Source: Macrostomum lignano
Lineage: Eukaryota
Assembly: GCA_002269645.1 (NCBI GenBank)
Contig: NIVC01000152.1
Coordinates: forward strand, 1-64,000
Reading direction: 5' to 3'
Length of the DNA: 64,000 nt
A program made the translations under genes and the position numbers. A model generated the notes under the pieces. It searched no databases. It was not told where the DNA came from and saw only the letters and a list, made by a program, of their open reading frames with translations. Of the stretch, positions 25,180 to 39,669 are shown piece after piece (the stretch's first letter is position 1; every line of letters begins with the position of its first letter).

Positions 25180-25720
25180 AATCGTAGAGATTGTGACCAG
25201 TGATGAGCTCGGTAATCATGAAGATCCAATCAGAACTCAGGCTTGAGGAATTGCACTATGTTTCTGTTTTTGGACATTCTTGAGCTCTTTGAATTGAGAT
25301 GTCACCGCTTGAATTGCATGTTGATATCTTATATCTTGCTACTTTGTAGAAGATCCTATGCTTCGATTAAATCGAATGCATCTATACCTTTTACACCCGA
25401 TGTCTGATGCCTGTCTGCAAATGTCTTGACCACCTGGCTAAAACAGTATGAAACATCAAGAACACAATTTCAGCCTACGCTTGAATAAACTGATCAGCCC
25501 CGATGTTTTTCAGTAGTCATTAGGTAGAAATCAGTCAGACAATTTTGGGGCACCTCTAAGACCGACTAGCTCCCTCTTGACCTCTTGACGTTCCCATTCG
25601 GAGGCAGCATCGCCAGAATCTCAAACACGGTACAGCCAAAGGCCCAGACGTCTGTCTTCTGTGAGTGAGCGTTCTCACTGCTCAGGCGAACTGCTCAGGA
25701 GCCATGTAGATAGGAACCAG
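25180..25720 (-). pseudogene. Protein kinase remnants
   Basis: YMAPEQF / frameshift / SQKTDVWAFGCTVFEIL (subdomains VIII-IX, ~25710-25570) and RNIVQFL...IFMITELITGHNLYD (IV-V, ~25265-25181); stops and frameshifts present. Confidence 0.65.
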
Positions 25721-26517
25721 ACTCAAGCCGGCTTACGACTATGTAGATATTTGAGTGCTTCACGGATCTACTACTTTAACAATTTATCATGCTGCGAAAA
25801 GGCTTAAAAACAGAAGAAAAAACTTTTAATTTCCTCATTTCACTTTCTAACTACTGACTCATCAAACGATATATTATATATGCCGCTTCGTCATGAGCTC
25901 CGAGAGGTTTTTTGGACCCCAATGAGTGCTCGAAATGCCCAAAGTGGTACATTATTAACCCGAAGACATAAATTTGGAACTCTCAAATAGTATCTGCACA
26001 GTGTTCTTAGTAAAAATATGTTAAAAATAAAAGAAAATAGACTGGTGCAGTCCTTAAGCAGCTGCTGTACTCTAAATGAGCGTGAGATGGTTTACAGAAC
26101 AGCGCTGTAAATATGGATAGTGCTGTGAATTTATTGCTAGGCTCAATTGCTATTCAAGCTCATGAAGACAATAATTTTGCCCCTTCCAGCCAAAACTGAA
26201 ACTAGATGTATCTTGTATTGTACAGAGAGCACACGAGACTCTATTTATGGCACGAATCTAAACTTGAGCTTAAGTTAAAGCTTAATGAACTTCATTAGAA
26301 ACATTCCTGCCTGTTGTTCTCAATGATTTAAATGAGTAGTAAATCAATGATCAAATCGGTCAAGCTGTCAAATTTGCTGTTAAACACTTCGATTTCTTCG
26401 CGCTATCTCCGCAATATATTTATTTATCTTTAAACCTTATCCAGGAAAAGACAACACTGCAACCAGCTCTACTACTGGCTATTAGTAGTAGTATTGTCCG
26501 TCTCTATCCGTTAGCAA

Positions 26518-29277
26518 CTAGTTGATAATGCCGTTGATCCAAGAACGGACGGTGGCCACGGTGGCATAGACTCCGGGCTTGCCGGGGCCTGCATTGAGAT
26601 GAAAAAATGGAGCACGTTTTGCATTATCCATGAGTCATTAATGAGTCTCAAAATGAGTCTATTCATTTAATATGCTCCAATACGTCTGCGCAATAAGTAT
26701 ACCAGCGAGTCTACTCAATATGTTCGATTTTTTTCAATATTTAGGCAGTAATCAATGAACCAAAATTTTATATATCAAGAACAGACACAAGTTAAACTTA
26801 CGGGCACAATCGTAGCCCCAGGAGGTGACTCCATGGACGTACCAGACGGCGCTGCTACCAGAGCCACTGGAGCACACGAATGGGCCGCCGCTGTCGCCCT
26901 GTAAGCGAATGATTTTTACGCGATGTGCCAATAATAAGATAATTATTATATGAGGATTGTTTACTACTCTTAGTTGCGAGTGTCGGAGAGTGCGCTCACC
27001 TGACAGGCATCGACTCCACCGTTGGGGTAGCCGGCGCAGGTCATGCGGGACGTGATCTGGCGCGGATAATTCACCGAATTGCAGGTGCTGCGAGCAATCA
27101 CGGGCACGTACGCCTGCTTCAGGGCGTTGGCAGAGCCGGTGCCTATTTTAAGATGGAGATTTTAGGTTCATTGATGCTGCAGATCAGCTCATTTTTCTCG
27201 GGCCAAACGCATTTATTACTGAATCGTGCAAACCCCAAAGCCTCTAATCAGCTCATGCACTACTGCCGGGTTACTTGTACACTTGTATGGGAAAGTCCCA
27301 ATTTCAGGGAGCTGCATGGCGACTGGGGGCATCACAAGGGGGAACGGAGATAACTCTTCCCCCATAGAGACACCTTCACACTGTGTCCCAAGCATTACCT
27401 ACGTCCCTGCAACTAACTTGAGTTGGTCAAGATATGAAGCCGTCTAAAAGATGTTCATTCAGATACTTAATTAATCCCCTATAGGTGACCTCAGGTCCTG
27501 AAGCAAGCATTGTCAAAGCATCTCACCGCGAGTGTCGCCCCAGCCGGTGGTGTAGCAGTACTGTCCACCGGAGGGCTCCGATGAGGGTATGCAGGCCGGG
27601 GTGATGTAATTGTTGTAACTGACTGAGGACGACAGACGGAGTAGAGCGTAGTCGTAGTCAAGAGTGCGGTAGTTGTAACTGAGGGTGGAAGAAAAGAAAC
27701 GGGGAACAGTGCTCGCTGCTTTGTTTTCTGGCCGTTAATTACTTTATGGCAAAAATTAGCGTACTTTGTAATTTATACGTTATAGAAAAACATTCTCGAC
27801 TTTTTTACCGCGAGTGCATGACAATCCGGTCGACAGCATAGTTCTTCTGAGTTGAATCGCGCGAGTTCTTCACATGGCTGCCAAGTCCGACGGTGTAACG
27901 CGAGGGCGACGGATTATCCTCCACGCAGTGGGCGGCGGTCAGCACCCAGCGATTGTTGAGCAGGGTGCCGCCGCAGTAGTGCCTGTTGGCGTAGAACAGC
28001 TGCGCCTGCCAGGGCCAGGAGCCGGGCCGGGCCTCCCGACCGCCGACGATGTAGCCGTTGCCTTCGTAGTGAGAGATCTTCTTTACGCCGCAGCCTGCAA
28101 CACAGTCAATCGGAGTGAAATATACGGTCCCTCACGCTTTGGAAATGGGCAGCCGCAGTGTGTTTCTAAGGCCTTCGGTTCACTCGCTTAGGAAACGCTC
28201 CCGGCGTACTTGACTAAATTTCTTATTGGTTTATTAAATTTATTAAAGCCATGTTCATATGACAGCGTCCATTTTTGGCGCGAATTTAAATTTGACTGAA
28301 TGTAACGAACAAAACTTTACTGATATTCTTGCTTTTGCGCGTTTAAATTTACAAAATTAGTCATACGAGTGAATATAAAGTTTCAACTGTAAACAGTACA
28401 GCTGGGAAGCCTAGTGCTCAATCCCTGATCCGCTGCATGTAATCTTACCCAATAGGCATTAGTAGGTCAATAAATACTGAGTAGCATATTTCACAGTCAA
28501 TACAATATGACATTATGACTCTCTGCACATCAGCGCATCGGAAACAGACCTGACCATCTGAAACAGACATGGAGCCCGCAAGTTTCTGTATTATTGCCCG
28601 GGAATTTCTTGCATTGATTAAGTTAGTGACCTTGCATCTTTTTATTATATAGAATTTTGCATTCCCATTCTACGTCTAGAGAATTCTGAACTTAAGCAAT
28701 CTGCCTGACCGAACTGGCCGGTGTCCGGCTTATCAACAGGAGAGCTAAAGTGGTTACATCTGAATCAGCAAATTGTTATCTGGAAGAGTTCAGCAACGAT
28801 TTTACACGAAGACTTACGAAGAAAGAAATTCCGGACGTACATGGGGATGCGCTCAATGAGCTGAGAGATCTTGAACGAGGGAGAATTCCCTTTTCTTAAG
28901 TGGCTCGGTTCCAGTCGTTCCTAACCGAAAACCAACTGCCGTCCGATCCGATTTGCGTACAGACTACTACTGGTATTATAACCAACTATTTGCGTTTCTT
29001 CCACTCACAATTAAGAACCCACGGATCCTGTCATTGATTTGCAGCATCGGTTCTTCAACATCAATCGTCCAGGTGTAAACATCATTTGACACCCCCGTGT
29101 CTACATCTGTCAATCTTGGTATTCAGTTGACTATGGAAAACTCGGGGACGAAATCTCATTCATTGATTGCCTGAAAAAGTATTGTCAGTTTGGAAAAGTT
29201 AGTGACAATCAGTTATACTTACTCTGAGCGGCCGCAGACGCCACCAGAAGAAGTCCCGCTAGCAGCAAGCTGAGCAT
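26518..29277 (-). CDS. Secreted trypsin-family (S1A) serine protease zymogen (~267 aa)
   Basis: Exons 29277-29223, 28094-27809, 27678-27527, 27142-27000, 26898-26802, 26588-26518, all GT-AG and in phase (804 nt). Signal peptide [18 protein letters not shown], mature IVGG, triad motifs TAAHC, DYDYALL, DACQGDSGGP, and C-terminal PGVYATV..WI. Confidence 0.95.
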
Positions 29278-32200
29278 ACTGTCAAACCTTTGATAGCTTC
29301 AATCGGGCTAAATACCAAATAGATGTTCTAGACTCTGCTTACATTGCATGACGGCCCGGCCGTATCCGCGTCATTTATAGGCAAGGGTTGTGACGTCCAA
29401 ACTGGCAGAAGGTATTGGAAAACCGGCAGCTGCTGCTGCTGATGGTGTGCGTTGTGTTGGTGGACAGTTTATCGCATTAGCTGTAATATGATTTCCTATG
29501 ATAAATGGTTGTTAAAACGCGCCTTCAACACGTAGGAAAACGCAGTAGGAAACGCATCGGGGACATTTGTGGATTTTCACACGGAATAAAAGCTTGGCAA
29601 GTTGTCTTCAAGTCCCTTGATATTAATAGTGCAAAGCAGTCGTAGTTCCGCTTATCAGTGCTCGAATTTCGTGATCGCAAGCTACAGCCAGGGAATACTT
29701 TATACATCGAGGAATAACTAAATTATGACTGCACCGGTGGGTACGAGTATAGCATTTGCAGATACTCGTATTTACTGGTAAATCGTGCTAGATACGGTGA
29801 ATTAATCAAAATTAGACGCAAGGCACTCGTCATAAAAATGAACGAAGTGGACGAGTATTAGTCCAACATCAAAGCTGACAAATATTTTAGCAAATACACA
29901 CTTAGAAATCAAGCGCATTAACTTAATCGATAGAAATGACAACTTGTTTCTGTTTGTTTTCTTTTCCCGACAAACCATACTTTATACTTGTAGCAGCGTA
30001 ATCAACTTATTAGTACATGGTTGTTACTCGAGTGGGTCGGCACACTCAGCACCATTCCTGAAAGTTAAAGGCTCCATGTTCACCACTGATGTACGAGCCG
30101 TGTTTTCACTATAAATTTGGCTTCATTGGATGACGGTGTGGACGAGTCTTAAGCAGATGGAGTTTGTTCCATGGTCAATACACAGCTGCTATAAATTAAC
30201 TACTAGGAGTCGCGGTAGTCTACTATATGCTTACCTCCATGTGAGTCCTAGAGTGAGAGTGGACAACTAAAGATGTGCCACGCAATTGCAGCGCCTTTGG
30301 TTGCTAAACTAGCGCCTTTCCAGAGACGGTTAAGGCTTCTATTTCTCAGGTCTGCGCTAAAAGCTAGACTATACTTATCCTGAAAAATAGATATCCGTTA
30401 AATCTATTCTCTCCATCATCTTCTGGAAACTGCAGCTGGTATCATCTGTCTGAAAGTAGCGAACTGCCTATGATGGCTTTAAGCCATCGAGATAATCTGC
30501 AAGTATAAGTCCCAGAAGTAGAATAGGATCGATTACTACTAACGAACATCTACTTTTGTCTCTAAAGCTGCGAGAAAAATTTAGGCGTACGCGTCCAATT
30601 TACGAGCGTATACTGGCTACTTGGATTTCACTGTATCGGTAATGCATCGATACTGTGTCGAGTTTCTCGGTTCGGTAACACACATTTTAGCAGTCAAAAA
30701 CATTTTGAATTAGTCAATTCTCTTTCTCTCCCATGTGTTAGTCGATCTACCCGACTAAATTCTCTCGATAATGCCAAGATTCGCGTGTCTTGTTGGTGTC
30801 GTTCTTGGTTTGGCGCCTTATCTTCCAGAGCTCGTCAGATTTTTGTCAAGCGGTCTTCCCTTGTAATATATATCGCCCATTCGTGTCACTCACGTGCTTT
30901 TTCCTCGTATCTTTATAGTCAGTCTTCGTGCAATTCCATATCTCAAACCGAAACCGATACGATACGCGCGTATAAAAATTCCTGACAGCACCCCTTGCTC
31001 CAGCTGCTACTGCTGAAACGTAGAGTGTGTGCTTGCACTTCACTGCACCGTTCGTTTCGAATTCTGCCAAATTTTTCATTGACTCCGAGTCTTACATGTG
31101 CATAATATAAGTCTGCATAAGTTTACGTTGAAGTTAGCATAAGTTTGAACTTTCTAGTTTTCAGTGGGTGTAGGCACTGTATTCAGAATATTCCCAGGGC
31201 CGGAATCATGGCCAGATCATGGATGATTCATGCATGCGCCATCCATGCATCATCCCTGATCATCTATGGACCGATCCATGTTCATAGATGGTTTCATCCT
31301 CTTTCCATGGATGGCGGAATAGCCATACATGATCATCGATGTATTAATTTCCATACATGGACATGTATGATTGTTAATTCTGGCTGTATATACTACTCGT
31401 TCTCTGTTACAAAACAGAGCCATGTAACAACCATAGTTAATGTGTCATTTGTAGCATATATTAAGGCGCATTGGAATTACTTTTTTTCCTGCGGGGGCAA
31501 GGATCGAGTCCCAAGTTCCAAGTTCCAGAAAAATACGCTTGCTTGCCGCCGGCAAGATTTTAGCGTTTAAACAGGGATAGTTGTCGTCCCTGCGTTTAAA
31601 TTAAAGTCGTGTTGTAAGATGCCACCATTTTGTTTACAGTTGTAAATAAAAAGAAAGACTCAAAATTTGGTCGGTTGGATCATCAGTTTACAGTCCAGAA
31701 GCTGAAGTAATTATATATACTCGTAAACATGTACATTATGCATGCAGGGACTGCTGAAATACGGGACGGGAAACTGGCCAAATCATGCAGAAATTAAATA
31801 GTTAGAGGCTGGTTTTTTCTAGTGCTCCCTAAAATTTATTATTGAATGTAGAAAGCGAGATTTTTCACCATCCTGTGCAGGATTCATACCTCTGCAAGAT
31901 GCACACAACTCACTTTTAATAATTTTTCAAGTGTAAGAAAAGCAGTTTTAGTAGTCCTATATATGATACATGTATATATGACTTAGGACGCAAAGGGGAG
32001 ACCCATTGCGCACGTTCTCGCAGAAAAAACGGGAGGGGCAGTCAGCAGCAGCCTGAGGGGTTAGCGCAAGCGCCTGCAAGTCAGCGATGAGGCAAATCAG
32101 TCAGAGTCAGTAGCCTGCAGTGCGGGGCCTGGCATATATGTATTGTTTCGAAAATATAATTTCAACACCTGTCATGCCACCATTATTAGCTGCAATGTTG

Positions 32201-34758
32201 CTTTTTTCTGAGTCTACTTTTCGCAGCGTACCTCAATATATTACAGATTATGCCTGAGCTCAATTATGTGTCATTGTGAATTCAAATTAAAGTAATGAAA
32301 ACTTAACGTACTAAGCTTACTAAAACAATTTTTATTAGGCAGGAAATTTTAAGTTTTATCTATGGAAGAGTCATTATAAGAATAGCTTTGCCAAAAGAAT
32401 TAAAATACAGAAAAAAAATAATTAATTGTTTCAATAACTAAAATAACAACAAGAATTTATCGCATTTTCAACTTGACTCCATCGTTTCATGTTAAAAATT
32501 CAAAAGTTAGTGTACGTCGACTCTATAATATAGCTCAATAGCTGTCGCTGTCTGTCTGTCTGACTTGAAATTGAAATCAAAATACTGATTACGGATAGAC
32601 CCTAGCTATAGTATAATAAGACTTGCGTAGTGTGGCAAACGATTTACCGCATCCTAGTTTTGTTAACTTATCATTTAGTACCACTCAAAGTAGCTGACTG
32701 GACTGCTACTGCTACTGACTCGGGTTCAAGTCTATTAGTCAAGTGAGTGTCTTAAGTTTTCAAGTGAAGTAGGCCTACAGTAGTGGATCTGGTAGGCTAC
32801 TTATAGGGATTTCAGTGAGGCCTTTAAGGTTCCTGAGGTTCCTTAAAATAAATTTAAGTTTATTTAATAAACATTAAATATGCCATAAAAAACAAACAAA
32901 ATAGAATTTTTTGCAAATGAATAGCTTTGCAAGGCAATTAGACCTACATATTAGAATAAAAGCAGATATGTATACTTATAGAAAGAAAAGAAATGGTACT
33001 TTTTAAATATATATATATATATATCTGGTTTTCATTGGCATGGCATGATAACAAACTATGTCATCTTTTCATTGAAAAAATACAAAAACTAAAGTATTTT
33101 CACAAATTAAAATTTTTTATTTTTCAAATAAAAAATTAAGCATGAAAAACAATATAAAAAAATGTGACAAAATCCAGTTCCAAGTTAAAATTTAGGCTCC
33201 ATTAAATTCTATTATATTGAAGGATCAAGGTTTCTTGTTTAAATTTAGCAAAAACCTAAAAAAATATTTTGTACACTTTATACCATTAATTTTTATTTTT
33301 ATGCAAATTTTAATTTAGAAAAGTTTATTTTTACAAAAATGACTAGCCTATGCAAGCTATTTTAGAAAAATAGAATGAAATATATAAAAAACATTCAAAC
33401 TAGGCCTTACCTTTGCCTTGCCTTATGATATAAAAATATTATTATTTAAATATTTAGATTTATAATGATTTTTACAAATAACTAAGTCTGAATTAAAAGA
33501 AAATTTTTATTATTTTTTCCATTATTGGCAACTTAAAAATTGTCTATGTGATAAAATCTTTGAAAATTACATGGTATAATTATAAATTCTAATAAACTAA
33601 TCAATGTTAATAAACTATTTATTTACTTAAATCCTTTTTATACATTTCAATATAAGTATAGATTCTTTTTATGCTTTATAAAGTATTCAATTAAACTTTA
33701 AACTTATCTATGCAGTTTCACAAGATTATAAAAACATATTTTCATAGTTAACATAATTTTATTCTGTTTTTTGTTATTCTTTGAGTAGTAATAAGCAAGG
33801 TTTTATACAATTTGAATTTAATCATTTGTCAATTTGATTTTAAACATATCAAAGTATACTAGTATGTCAATAGACTTTTTCGTCATATATATAGGATGCT
33901 GTTTGCAATTTGCATTTAATATTAATTTTTAATTTTTAATTTTAGCTAAAAACTATATCATTGGTATATTTTGTCTAATATTATAATCAATAAAGTTTTT
34001 AATTGATAGAAATTGCATATTAGCAAATTTGTTAATAGGACTATTTACTAAATAGGTGTACATAGTTGTCAAGCCTTTATACACTTCAATTTGTAGTTTA
34101 AAGCTATATAAATATAATGAACTGGACTTATGCTTGTTTCTATGCATTTTATTCACTTATTTACTACTGCCCTTCTTAGTCTTGGGTTTAATGCTTTTGC
34201 CCATAGACATATACTTAGCACTTTGCCATATTAGCATTAAGTGCATTATGTAATTTGCATTGTAAAGCAAAACAGTTCTATTGACCTTAATATTAGACAA
34301 GAGGAATCAATTCCCGAGGGGATAAAATTTGATAAAATTGTAGTTATGCCTGAATTTATGTATGTATTCAGGTGTATAACAGTCCAGATAATGCTAAGCT
34401 TAATGCTATAAGAAATTTTTTGCATTGTCCAGATTTTTGCCTCTTTTGGGAATCAATAGGATCCCAAAATTTCTATGAATTTATTCCTAATTATTATAAA
34501 ACTAGACATTGATCTAGTTTTTTGTTTTTTTAATCATTCATATTTTAAAATAGTTTATATGTACATAATTCATACACTTAGCATGTGTGGCAGAAAATCT
34601 TCCTGGCTGGAACTTTATTGTTTAGGATTTTAATTACTACAATTTTATCACAACCATAAGGTCCAATTCCCAAGGCACTGAGGCAGCCCTCCCACAAATA
34701 TTAATTTTTATCATAGGAAAATAAAGAATCCAAAATCGAAATCTTCAGTTCAATTCCT

Positions 34759-37700
34759 ATGGCAACAGCATCATCAACCTCTGGCGGCGGCAGTGGTGGT
34801 GACCCAGACTCCGCCGACCAGGAGAAGCCGTCAGCCAGCCAGCAATTCGAGTGCAACATCTGCCTGGAGACGGCCACGGAGCCCGTGGTGAGCCACTGCG
34901 GCCACCTGTTCTGCTGGGCCTGCGTCTATCGCTGGATGGAGACGCAGGGCCGCTCGCCGTCCTGTCCGGTGTGCAAAAGTGGCATTAGTCGGGACAAAGT
35001 CATCCCGCTGTATGGCCGAGGTGGCTCCGGCAATACCACGGATCCGCGCAGCAGGGTGCCGCCGCGGCCACAGGGCCAGCGCTCAGAGCCAGAGGCTGGA
35101 GGCGGCCTGCATGGCTTCGCTGACGGCCTGTTTGGCCAGCAGCACGGCGGCACTTTTCAGTTCACCTTCGGCATTGGCGGCTTCCCGTTTGCCTTCTTTG
35201 GCACTAATTTTAATATGAGTGAGTTGCTCCCGCATTGAGGCCATTAGAATCCGCATTGCGGCCATTAGAATCCGCATTGCGGCCATTAGAATCCACATTG
35301 CGGCCATTAGAATTCACATTGCGGCCATTAGAATCCACATTGCGGCCATTAGAATCCACCATTGCGGCCATTAGAATCCGCATTGCGGCCATTAGAATCC
35401 ACATTGCAACTATTAGAATCCACATTGCGGCCATTAGAATCCAAATTGCGGCCATTAGAATCCACATTACGGCCATTAGAATCCGCATTAAGGCCATTAG
35501 AATCCACATTGCGGCCATTAGAATCCACATTGCGGCCATTAGAATCCGCATTAAGGCCATTAGAATCCACATTGCGGCCATTAGAATCCACATTGCGGCC
35601 ATTAGAATCCACATTGCGGCCATTAGAATCCACATTGCGGCCATTAGAATCCGCATTGCGGCCATTAGAATCCACATTGCGGCCATTAGAATCCACATTG
35701 CGGCCATTAGAATCCACATTGCGGCCATTAGAATCCACATTGCGGCCATTAGAATCCACATTGCGGCCATAAGAATCCACATTGCGGCCATTAGAATCCA
35801 CATTGCGGCCATTAGAATCCACATTGCGGCCATTAGAATCCACATTGCGGCCATTAGAATCCGCATTGCGGCCATTAGAATCCACATTGCGGCCATTAGA
35901 ATCCACATTGCGGCCATTAGAATCCGCATTAAGGCCATTAGAATCCACATTGCGGCCATTAGAATCCACATTGCGGCCATTAGAATCCACATTGCGGCCA
36001 TTAGAATCCACATTGCGGCCATTAGAATCCACATTGCGGCCATAAGAATCCACATTGCGGCCATTAGAATCCACATTGCGGCCATTAGAATCCACATTGC
36101 GGCCATTAGAATCCACATTGCGGCCATTAGAATCCGCATTGCGGCCATTAGAATCCACATTGCGGCCATTAGAATCCACATTGCGGCCATTAGAATCCGC
36201 ATTAAGGCCATTAGAATCCACATTGCGGCCATTAGAATCCGCATTGCGGCCATTAGAATCCACATTGCGGCCATTAGAATCCACATTGCGGCCATTAGAA
36301 TCCGCATTGAGGCCAATAGAATCCACATTGCGGCCATTAGAATCCATATTAAGGCCCTTAGAATCCACAGGCCATTAGAATCCACATTAAGGCCATTATA
36401 ATCCGCACTGACGCCATTAGAATCCACATTGAGGCCATTAGAATCCACATTGAGGCCATTAGAATCCGCAATGACGCCATTAGAATTCGCACTGACGCCA
36501 TTAGAATCCGCACTGACGCCATTAGAATCCACACTGACGCTATTAGAATCCGCACTGACGCCATTAGAATCCACATTGAGGCCATTAGAATCCACATTGA
36601 GGCCATTAGAATCCGCAATGACGCCATTAGAATTCGCACTGACGCCATTAGAATCCGCACTGACGCCATTAGAATCCACACTGACGCTATTAGAATCCGC
36701 ACTGACGCCATTAGAATCCACACTGACGCCATTAGAATCCGCACTGACGCCATTAGAATTCGCACTGACGCCATTAGAATCCGCACTGACGCCATTAGAA
36801 TCCACACTGACGCCATTAGAATCCGCACTGACGCCATTAGAATCCACACTGACGCCATTAGAATCCACACTGACGCCATTAGAATCCGCACTGACGCCAT
36901 TAGAATCCGCACTGACGCCATTAGAATCCGCACTGACGCCATTAGAATCCGCACTGACGCCATTAGAATTCGCACTGACGCCATTAGAATCCGCACTGAC
37001 GCCATTAGAATCCGCACTGACGCCATTAGAATCCGCACTGACGCCATTAGAATCCACATTGAGGCCATTAGAATCCACATTGAGGCCATTAGAATCCGCA
37101 ATGACGCCATTAGAATTCGCACTGACGCCATTAGAATCCGCACTGACGCCATTAGAATCCACACTGACGCTATTAGAATCCGCACTGACGCCATTAGAAT
37201 CCACACTGACGCCATTAGAATCCGCACTGACGCCATTAGAATTCGCACTGACGCCATTAGAATCCGCACTGACGCCATTAGAATCCACACTGACGCCATT
37301 AGAATCCGCACTGACGCCATTAGAATCCACACTGACGCCATTAGAATCCACACTGACGCCATTAGAATCCGCACTGACGCCATTAGAATCCGCACTGACG
37401 CCATTAGAATCCGCACTGACGCCATTAGAATTCGCACTGACGCCATTAGAATCCGCACTGACGCCATTAGAATCCGCACTGACGCCATTAGAATCCGCAC
37501 TGACGCCATTAGAATCCACACTGACGCCATTAGAATTCGCACTGACGCCATTAGAATCCGCACTGACGCCATTAGAATCCGCACTGACGCCATTAGAATC
37601 CACACTGACGCCATTAGAATCCGCACTGACGCCATTAGAATTCGCACTGACGCCATTAGAATTCGCACTGACGCCATTAGAATCCGCACTGACGCCATTA

Positions 37701-38573
37701 GAATCCGCACTGACGCCATTAGAATCCGCACTGACGCCATTAGAATCCACACTGACGCCATTAGAATTCGCACTGACGCCATTAGAATCCGCACTGACGC
37801 CATTAGAATCCGCACTGACGCCATTAGAATCCACACTGACGCCATTAGAATCCGCACTGACGCCATTAGAATTCGCACTGACGCCATTAGAATCCACACT
37901 GACGCCATTAGAATTCGCACTGACGCCATTAGAATCCGCACTGACGCCATTAGAATCCGCACTGACGCCATTAGAATCCACACTGACGCCATTAGAATTC
38001 GCACTGACGCCATTAGAATTCGCACTGACGCCATTAGAATTCGCACTGACGCCATTAGAATTCGCACTGACGCCATTAGAATCCACACTGACGCCATTAG
38101 AATCCGCACTGACGCCATTAGAATTCGCACTGACGCCATTAGAATCCACACTGACGCCATTAGAATCCGCACTGACGCCATTAGAATCCACACTGACGCC
38201 ATTAGAATTCGCACTGACGCCATTAGAATCCACACTGACGCCATTAGAATCCGCACTGACGCCATTAGAATTCGCACTGACGCCATTAGAATCCACACTG
38301 ACGCCATTAGAATCCACACTGACGCCATTAGAATCCACACTGACGCCATTAGAATCCGCACTGACGCCATTAGAATCCACACTGACGCCATTAGAATCCA
38401 CACTGACGCCATTAGAATTCGCACTGACGGCTACTCAATGCCACATTCCCGCAGATGGGCAGAACAGGAACCGAGACGCCTTTGGTCAGGTGAACACTGA
38501 AGAAGACGCCTTCCTCAGCAAAGTGTTTCTCTACATTGCAATCATATTTGTTGTGTGGCTGCTACTAGCCTGA
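34759..38573 (+). CDS. RNF185: ER-anchored RING E3 ubiquitin ligase RNF5/RNF185 (192 aa)
   Basis: Exons 34759-35218 and 38455-38573. FECNICLETATEPVVSHCGHLFCWACVYRW..CPVCKSGISRDKVIPLYGRG, DPRSRVPPRPQGQRSEP, FTFGIGGFPF, C-terminal TM FLSKVFLYIAIIFVVWLLLA*. RNF5 versus RNF185 is not resolvable. Confidence 0.95.
35235..38430. repeat. 21-bp minisatellite filling the RNF5/185 intron (two subtypes)
   Basis: GCGGCCATTAGAATCCACATT type to ~36400, then GACGCCATTAGAATCCGCACT type; about 150 units. Confidence 0.99.
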
Positions 38574-39669
38574 ATTGAAGATTCGCAACTTCCAGCTTCA
38601 TCTAACATACATGCGCAACACCCTGATTTACACCGGCCGTGCGACTTACTTTTGATAAAAATAGCGACTTGCTTATCAAAGTTACCCTAAAGCAAAATTA
38701 ATATAATTAATTTTTTTTGGTAAACGGCAGGAGTAACTATCACAGTATCACGAGGGTAAATGCCTCGTCATCTAATTAGTTGCAAGTCTATTTTTGGGTG
38801 GGCGTTTTTGCGACTTACCTTGGCCGGGTCGGCCGGGTGTTGCGCATGTATATTCATCTAATGTCATTAACTATCCATTGATCTCGTCTCTACAGTCGGA
38901 AATATTACTAATTCATATGCACCATGAATATATTATAATTACTGATGTGTCATCACTTTTGATTGGTTAAACTTATCAGTGATAATTTGCCTGATTAGTG
39001 CAGATCCCGATTAAAAATTAAATTGCCTATTAAAAATTTATGACAAATTATCGTTGCTTTTCAAACGCTCACTGTATAATGATTTGCTTATCATTATAGT
39101 AGGTATTAAGCTATATTTATATAGATGTACTTTATCTAATCTTTGCTATAAGGATTTTGTTGTGTAATCTGTATTCTCGGCTTTCATTCATTTGGACCCA
39201 GTTTGCTTTCCTGACCAAATCTAATGGCTTCTCATATGAACAGGCTGTTCTCTCAGGTTCTTAACATTACCCTTCGGAATGGGCACGGGTCATTGTGTGG
39301 TGTCTGCTTAACGTTTGTGATTTGTAAGCCCCCCTCTTATCCAGTATGGTAACAAGAGTAACACGTTATTATCATTCACGGATTTGTACTTCTAATGATT
39401 GAACGAATGACAATTATATTCTAATTCAAGCTTACATTGCTACTGTACTAGTAGCTTAGTGATTTTTTTCTGTGTACTGAATAGTTGTCGAAACACTGCT
39501 CGACTATTACTGTTTAAATGCGATTTTTAATTAATATATAAAATGCGTATTGTTTATTGTAAATCGATTTTATCAAGCCTATCCGTCACACTATATCGCT
39601 TCTATTATTATTTTCTTATTTATTTTTCAGCATGTAGTTTCTTCACTTGTTAACAAGAGATAAATCACT

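Noticed and set aside
35210-38573. Very long ORFs (1063, 714, 688, 388 aa) with SNGVSAD / PLESALT / RILMASV repeats resembling ice-binding or surface proteins
   Set aside because: They arise from a 21-bp (7-codon) tandem array that is open in several frames on both strands and lies within a GT-AG intron whose removal yields a complete RNF5/185.
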